Virus record (IMG/VR): IMGVR_UViG_3300030419_002074
Location: 1-61,789 of that record
DNA: 61,789 nt
Strand: one strand, 5' to 3'
From: a virus
Taxonomy: Duplodnaviria; Caudoviricetes
The notes below the pieces were generated by a model that saw only the letters and a list, made by a program, of their open reading frames with translations, did no database searches and had not been told where the DNA came from. Every line of letters begins with the position of its first letter. The stretch's first letter is position 1. Both the position numbers and the translations under genes were made by a program. Below, one piece after another: positions 57,038 through 61,789 of the stretch.

Positions 57038-58020
57038 TATCTTTTGTAATTCAAGGCCCAACAAACCACAAAACAAATTTCCCCACATTTCAAAACGGTG
57101 AGTGGAAGGAGAATCGTTATACCACGCAACGATGTATAGATTCGTTAAGAGAGTGGTATCCAGACTCCGAGATCATTGTTTCATGCACTACGGGCGATGC
57201 AGATGACCTCACTAACGTGGACCAACTCCATTATGTAACAGACGACATGCTAGAGTACGACGATAATGTCAATAGACAGATACTTTCCAGTCAAGCTGTA
57301 AAACATGCCAATAACGACATTGTCTGTAAGCTACGAAGCGATATGGTGGCGGGAACCGGTTGGCTAGCACACTTTGTGAACTCAGAGCTGCTGGGTCACA
57401 AGCCTTACAATAGAATAGAGACACACAGAATGTTTGAAAAGTTTGTTTTTATATCTAACTGGAGTTGCGAGTCTGGCCTTTGGTACCATCCGTCAGATTG
57501 GTTCTTTTTAGGACTGAAGCATGATGTTGAAAGTATTTTTGATATCCCACAAAGACTTCACACTGACTGGTGTATTGGGCCGGAACAGTATATAACTATG
57601 AGATGCATGGAAAGAAACGGCTTGCAGGATTGCATAGATTATAACTGGATAGAGAATCACGGAAACCATAATTTTCACTTACGTCAGGGTGTTCCTCCCG
57701 AAGACCATTACATCAAAGAATGGTGGACTGTGTTCTTCAACAATTTTTGCGTCCTTAATCTCGGGTGGACATCTAAAGATCCTAGAATTTGGCGAGTAAC
57801 AGAAGGAGATGATGGTCACTTGGGATACTCTACATACAAGTCTAAGTTTGCCAAAAGCAGAAGTGGCTGGCGTTCAGCGGTAGAGGAACCTAGAATTGAC
57901 CCTAGCGTTAAAGGTGAGTGTGGCCTGATGTCGCACAAGTACCTTGAAAGGGTTGGAGAGTATAAAACCTTAATAAATCATTCTCAGTGGTTAATTGGAA
58001 ATAAGGCTATTTGTTCATGA
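57034..58020 (+). CDS. WavE-like LPS synthesis protein
   Basis: ISFVIQGP, EIIVS, KLRSD, YHPSDWFFLG, PEQY. Confidence 0.75.
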   Translation: MISFVIQGPTNHKTNFPTFQNGEWKENRYTTQRCIDSLREWYPDSEIIVSCTTGDADDLTNVDQLHYVTDDMLEYDDNVNRQILSSQAVKHANNDIVCKLRSDMVAGTGWLAHFVNSELLGHKPYNRIETHRMFEKFVFISNWSCESGLWYHPSDWFFLGLKHDVESIFDIPQRLHTDWCIGPEQYITMRCMERNGLQDCIDYNWIENHGNHNFHLRQGVPPEDHYIKEWWTVFFNNFCVLNLGWTSKDPRIWRVTEGDDGHLGYSTYKSKFAKSRSGWRSAVEEPRIDPSVKGECGLMSHKYLERVGEYKTLINHSQWLIGNKAICS

Positions 58021-59111
58021 AAGTTCTATACATAGGAAATTATAGAGATGGCACTGGCTGGTCTAATGCCTGTATTAATAATATACTAGCTATGGACGCT
58101 GCTGGTATAGATGTAGTACCAAGAGCTATCAGCTTTAACGTTCATGATAAAGACTATACAGATAAGATTAAATCTTTAGAAATTAAACACAACCTACGAA
58201 GTAGTAATCTTGAATGTGACGTTGTGGTGCAACACACATTGCCTCACCTGTATTGTTATGATGCAAGCTATAAAAATATAGGATTTTTGGCTGTTGAATC
58301 TCACGACTTCAGAAGTACTAATTGGCATCGGTCAATAAATCTAATGGACGAACTATGGGTTCCTAATTCGCAATCAAAAGAATCTGCAATCAGAAGTGGT
58401 GTTGATATTCCAATAAAGGTGGTGCCGCACTCACTCGACATGTCTCGATACGGTAACACAGAGGGACAAAAGATACAGGAGCTACAGAATACTTTTACCT
58501 TTGGGTTTGTAGGCGAGTTTGTAGAGAGAAAGAATATCAAAGCACTAATCAAAGCTTTTCACATTGAGTTTACCCCTAAAGAACCCGTGACACTTCTATT
58601 AAAGACATCTAGGGCCGAGCTTCCGGAAATACAGGCGTACTGTAATACAATTACTCGTGGTCTCAAAATAAGGGGTCAGTATAAACCGGAAGTAGTGATT
58701 GCTGGAATGATGGATCGACAAGACTATATATCTATACTGAGTCAGGTAGACTGTTTTGTAATGCCGAGCAGAGGGGAAGCCTTTTGTATACCTGCACTAG
58801 AATCTATGGCTCTAGGCACACCTTCCATATATACTGATGGTATAGGTATGGATTATTGCGTAGGCGAGAGTGTGGAATCTAGGTTGGAGCCATGCTTTGG
58901 AGCTGTTGACACGCTGCCCAATCTAGACACCGCCGATACAATGTGGAGAGAAATAAACGTAAAGAGCCTTTGCAAAACAATGCGTTCCATGTATAATAAA
59001 CTCAAATCAGAGGATGGGCAGAAACTAAAAGCTTCCTGCATAGAAAGATCGAAAGACTATGACCACAAAGCTATTGGCAACAAAATAAGGGGAATATTGA
59101 ATGACGGCTAA
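58017..59111 (+). CDS. GT4 glycosyltransferase
   Basis: ERKNI, PSRGEAFCIPALESMALG. Confidence 0.88.
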   Translation: MKVLYIGNYRDGTGWSNACINNILAMDAAGIDVVPRAISFNVHDKDYTDKIKSLEIKHNLRSSNLECDVVVQHTLPHLYCYDASYKNIGFLAVESHDFRSTNWHRSINLMDELWVPNSQSKESAIRSGVDIPIKVVPHSLDMSRYGNTEGQKIQELQNTFTFGFVGEFVERKNIKALIKAFHIEFTPKEPVTLLLKTSRAELPEIQAYCNTITRGLKIRGQYKPEVVIAGMMDRQDYISILSQVDCFVMPSRGEAFCIPALESMALGTPSIYTDGIGMDYCVGESVESRLEPCFGAVDTLPNLDTADTMWREINVKSLCKTMRSMYNKLKSEDGQKLKASCIERSKDYDHKAIGNKIRGILNDG

Positions 59112-60147
59112 TGCATCTAGAAGGTCAATACGATCTTTAATGAGAAAGGTAGAAAAGGGACAAAAGTTAAATATCCTAACCTTTGCTACCCACGAAAGAT
59201 ACGAACACAACCTTTGCAAGACGGGGCACAATTTTTACTCACTAAAATTTGGTAAGGAATGGGATACTGATTACGCACCAATCCCAAGCAACTACCATAT
59301 CGTGGACTCTCTTCCTGAGTTTGTTGACTTTGATCTGTTTCTTAGCCATACAAGCTGTGGCCGACTTAATTTGGGTCATGATCTACTATCAAGAACTCAG
59401 GAGTCTCCCACAAATAGAGTAAGCATACCGATTCTTAGGCATTGCCATGTGCTTCCAGATATAAGGTATAATTCCCAAGAAGAGATTCGTCGGTTCAAAT
59501 CTATTTTAACAGATTGTAATTCCTTTATATCGGACTTCAACAAGCAGGCGTGGGGTTATCAAAACGAAAAAAACACAGCGGTGATCGAACATGGTGTAGA
59601 TACAGATTTTTGGAAACCAGATGAGGCTATTGAACGAGATAATGTTTGCCTTTCTGTAGTCAACGACTGGCCAAACAGAGATTGGTGTTGTGGATTTAAT
59701 CTTTGGCAAAAAACCGCCCATGATTTACCCTTAAGGGTATTCGGAAAAAGTCCCGGACTTTCGGAGGCTGCTAGAGACACTAATCATTTGCGGGAAATTT
59801 ATCAATCGTCTAGCATTTTTTATAATACGTCTATCCACTCTCCTGTGCCGACCGTTTTGATGGAGGCGATGGCCTGTGGGTGTGCGATTGTCTCAACTGC
59901 TACTTGCATGATACCTGAAGTAATCAAACATGGAGAAAGCGGCCTAATATCGAATAATGCCACAGAACTTCGTGCATATTTAGAGCTTTTGGTTAATAAT
60001 CCTACATTAGCTAGAAAACTAGGAAACAATGCTAGAAAAAGAATAGAGGATCATTACAACCTGAATAAGTTTACCGATAGCTGGAACAACCTTTTTTATA
60101 AAACTATTGAGAACTATTCAGACGTAACGATGGGAGAACAACAATGA
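59101..60147 (+). CDS. GT4 glycosyltransferase
   Basis: HGVDTDFW, LMEAMACGCAIVST, HGESG. Confidence 0.88.
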   Translation: MTANASRRSIRSLMRKVEKGQKLNILTFATHERYEHNLCKTGHNFYSLKFGKEWDTDYAPIPSNYHIVDSLPEFVDFDLFLSHTSCGRLNLGHDLLSRTQESPTNRVSIPILRHCHVLPDIRYNSQEEIRRFKSILTDCNSFISDFNKQAWGYQNEKNTAVIEHGVDTDFWKPDEAIERDNVCLSVVNDWPNRDWCCGFNLWQKTAHDLPLRVFGKSPGLSEAARDTNHLREIYQSSSIFYNTSIHSPVPTVLMEAMACGCAIVSTATCMIPEVIKHGESGLISNNATELRAYLELLVNNPTLARKLGNNARKRIEDHYNLNKFTDSWNNLFYKTIENYSDVTMGEQQ

Positions 60148-60566
60148 AGATATACTTGAGTCAAGCAGACCAAGAAGATAAAAACTACAGACACTTTCAA
60201 AATGTGGCGATGTTTGTTAGAGAGGTGCTAGACACCGAAGCAAATGAAATAATATGCGATGGTTTTTTAAGTAACTTTTCTTCAGATGAGCTACCACAAG
60301 TGATTAACATCATATGTAGTAAGGTCAGGTTGAATGGTGAAGTGGTTGTTAAAGATTTAGATTTTGATCTTGTGGCTAGACGAATAAGTAGAGAAGAGTT
60401 ATCGGTCACACATATTAATCAAAATATTCTAAGATCGAGGTCTTTTAAATCATTACTGACACTAGAAGATGTAGAACAATTTGTGCCCGAAGGGTTTCAG
60501 GTTTATACCAAAGGTTTTGACGAGAGCATGTGTGAATTTGTTATCCGGTTAAGGAGGGTGAGATGA
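60144..60566 (+). CDS. hypothetical protein (degenerate methyltransferase-like)
   Basis: 140 aa within the GT cluster. Confidence 0.5.
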   Translation: MKIYLSQADQEDKNYRHFQNVAMFVREVLDTEANEIICDGFLSNFSSDELPQVINIICSKVRLNGEVVVKDLDFDLVARRISREELSVTHINQNILRSRSFKSLLTLEDVEQFVPEGFQVYTKGFDESMCEFVIRLRRVR

Positions 60567-61378
60567 GTGAAATAAAGACAAACTGCACCGATTGCGTATT
60601 CGCCTTAAGGGACAAAGACCACCAGAGTTCCTGCACGCTCAACAGGCATGAAAAACTAAAAGTAGTAGACACCACAGAGGATAATTATTTTCTGCTAGAA
60701 AGATTTTGCAATACTTATAGACCGCAAGAATGGATTGAAGAGTTAGACCTAGAGGAACAAATGGAGCTTGAGGCAACTGTGCTTAATGAAGTCCGCCCCC
60801 GTATGGGATTCTTTATAAGGTTAGATACTTCTGTACCAGACGCTATAGACAGACTAGACAAAACGCTACAAAGCTGTATCGACATGAATGGAGGTCCGGC
60901 GTATATTGCAGTTATCACAGACAAAGTAGAATATAATGAGGAAATATGGACTCTGTTTATAAAGCACTTTGGTGAAAATAGCGATATTAAATATCACATA
61001 GTACAGCTAGAGGCAGAGTTTGAGGAGCTACCAAGAATACTGGATGAAGCTTTCACACACGCACAAAACGGCTGGATTTATGTTACAAGCTCTGGAAAAA
61101 CAGTGCCTAAAGATACTCTAGATATCTTACATAAACGTCTCAATATAGATCTTCTGCAAATCATGATGGTAGAACCCTACGATAATCTTGATGGTCTAAT
61201 GTTTCCGGCTTTTGTTTTTAAGTTCCTTAATGGCAACAAGACTAAAATCTTTGCCGGAGATGAAAAGGAAGAAGACCCAGAACGTTGCTCATTGCCCTTT
61301 ATAGATAAGATGAAGGAAGCCGAAAAAAGAGGCGAAACGAAATCAATATTTACACTGGAGGAATTTAATGCTTCCTAA
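60563..61378 (+). CDS. hypothetical protein
   Basis: 271 aa, N-terminal CTDCVF..C..C. Confidence 0.65.
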   Translation: MSEIKTNCTDCVFALRDKDHQSSCTLNRHEKLKVVDTTEDNYFLLERFCNTYRPQEWIEELDLEEQMELEATVLNEVRPRMGFFIRLDTSVPDAIDRLDKTLQSCIDMNGGPAYIAVITDKVEYNEEIWTLFIKHFGENSDIKYHIVQLEAEFEELPRILDEAFTHAQNGWIYVTSSGKTVPKDTLDILHKRLNIDLLQIMMVEPYDNLDGLMFPAFVFKFLNGNKTKIFAGDEKEEDPERCSLPFIDKMKEAEKRGETKSIFTLEEFNAS

Positions 61379-61789
61379 AGTAGCTATTATCTGTGCTAAC
61401 TATAACTATGGTGACTACATTGTTCCAGCCATAGAGAGCATCATTAATCAAACTTATAAAGGTGAGCTTCGTATTTATGTTGTTGACGATGGATCGTCTG
61501 ATGACTCTTGGGAAAAAATTTCAAATTACCCATGCGATCATTTGTTTACAAAAAGGATAGAAAATTCTGGTGCCAGTGTTGCCCGTAATATCGCCATTGA
61601 AATGTGTTGGGATTGGGCTGATATTATTGGCATCCTCGATGCTGACGACTCATACTATCCAGAAAAGATTGAGAAGTTAGTAAACAGGCTTGTCGAACAC
61701 GAAGAAGTCGGAGTGGCATACGCAGATTACGAAAATCGTTTTCCACATTTTTACAAAAGAGAATTCAAGCCTTCGTATCACCTTCAGGG
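61368..61789 (+). CDS. GT2 glycosyltransferase (partial, runs off the window end)
   Basis: MLPKVAIICANYNYG, VVDDGSSD, ARN, ILDADD; not in ORF track because there is no stop. Confidence 0.88.
   Translation, partial: MLPKVAIICANYNYGDYIVPAIESIINQTYKGELRIYVVDDGSSDDSWEKISNYPCDHLFTKRIENSGASVARNIAIEMCWDWADIIGILDADDSYYPEKIEKLVNRLVEHEEVGVAYADYENRFPHFYKREFKPSYHLQ

Overview
This is a 61.8 kb segment of a large, AT-rich, tailed dsDNA bacteriophage genome. Essentially all genes lie on the + strand, densely packed, in the standard genetic code. Three Tat-exported DUF1501 proteins and several Pro/Tyr- and Cys-rich secreted proteins point to a Planctomycetota (or related PVC) host; this is an inference. Contents in order: small early genes and an rIIB-like gene behind strong sigma70-type promoters; a tRNA operon (Glu-UUC, Ile-UAU, CAU, Arg-UCU) with a circularly permuted two-piece tmRNA embedded in it (tag AGVENYAMAA); a DenV-like glycosylase; GuaC; a Ser-repeat/Cys-rich protein; sugar-nucleotide enzymes; dCMP deaminase; SSB; a large structured RNA upstream of Hsp20; a PAP2 phosphatase plus the DUF1501 x3 cluster; a C1 peptidase/holin-like module; a sigma factor; NrdAB; ThyX; SET and radical SAM genes; MazG; PhoH; RecA; an M19 dipeptidase; DnaB; primase; dNMP kinase; a Cas4-like nuclease; an intein-less split DnaE with a DnaQ-like exonuclease between the halves; and a terminal glycosyltransferase/WavE cluster. 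All calls rest on motifs read by eye; no searches were run.
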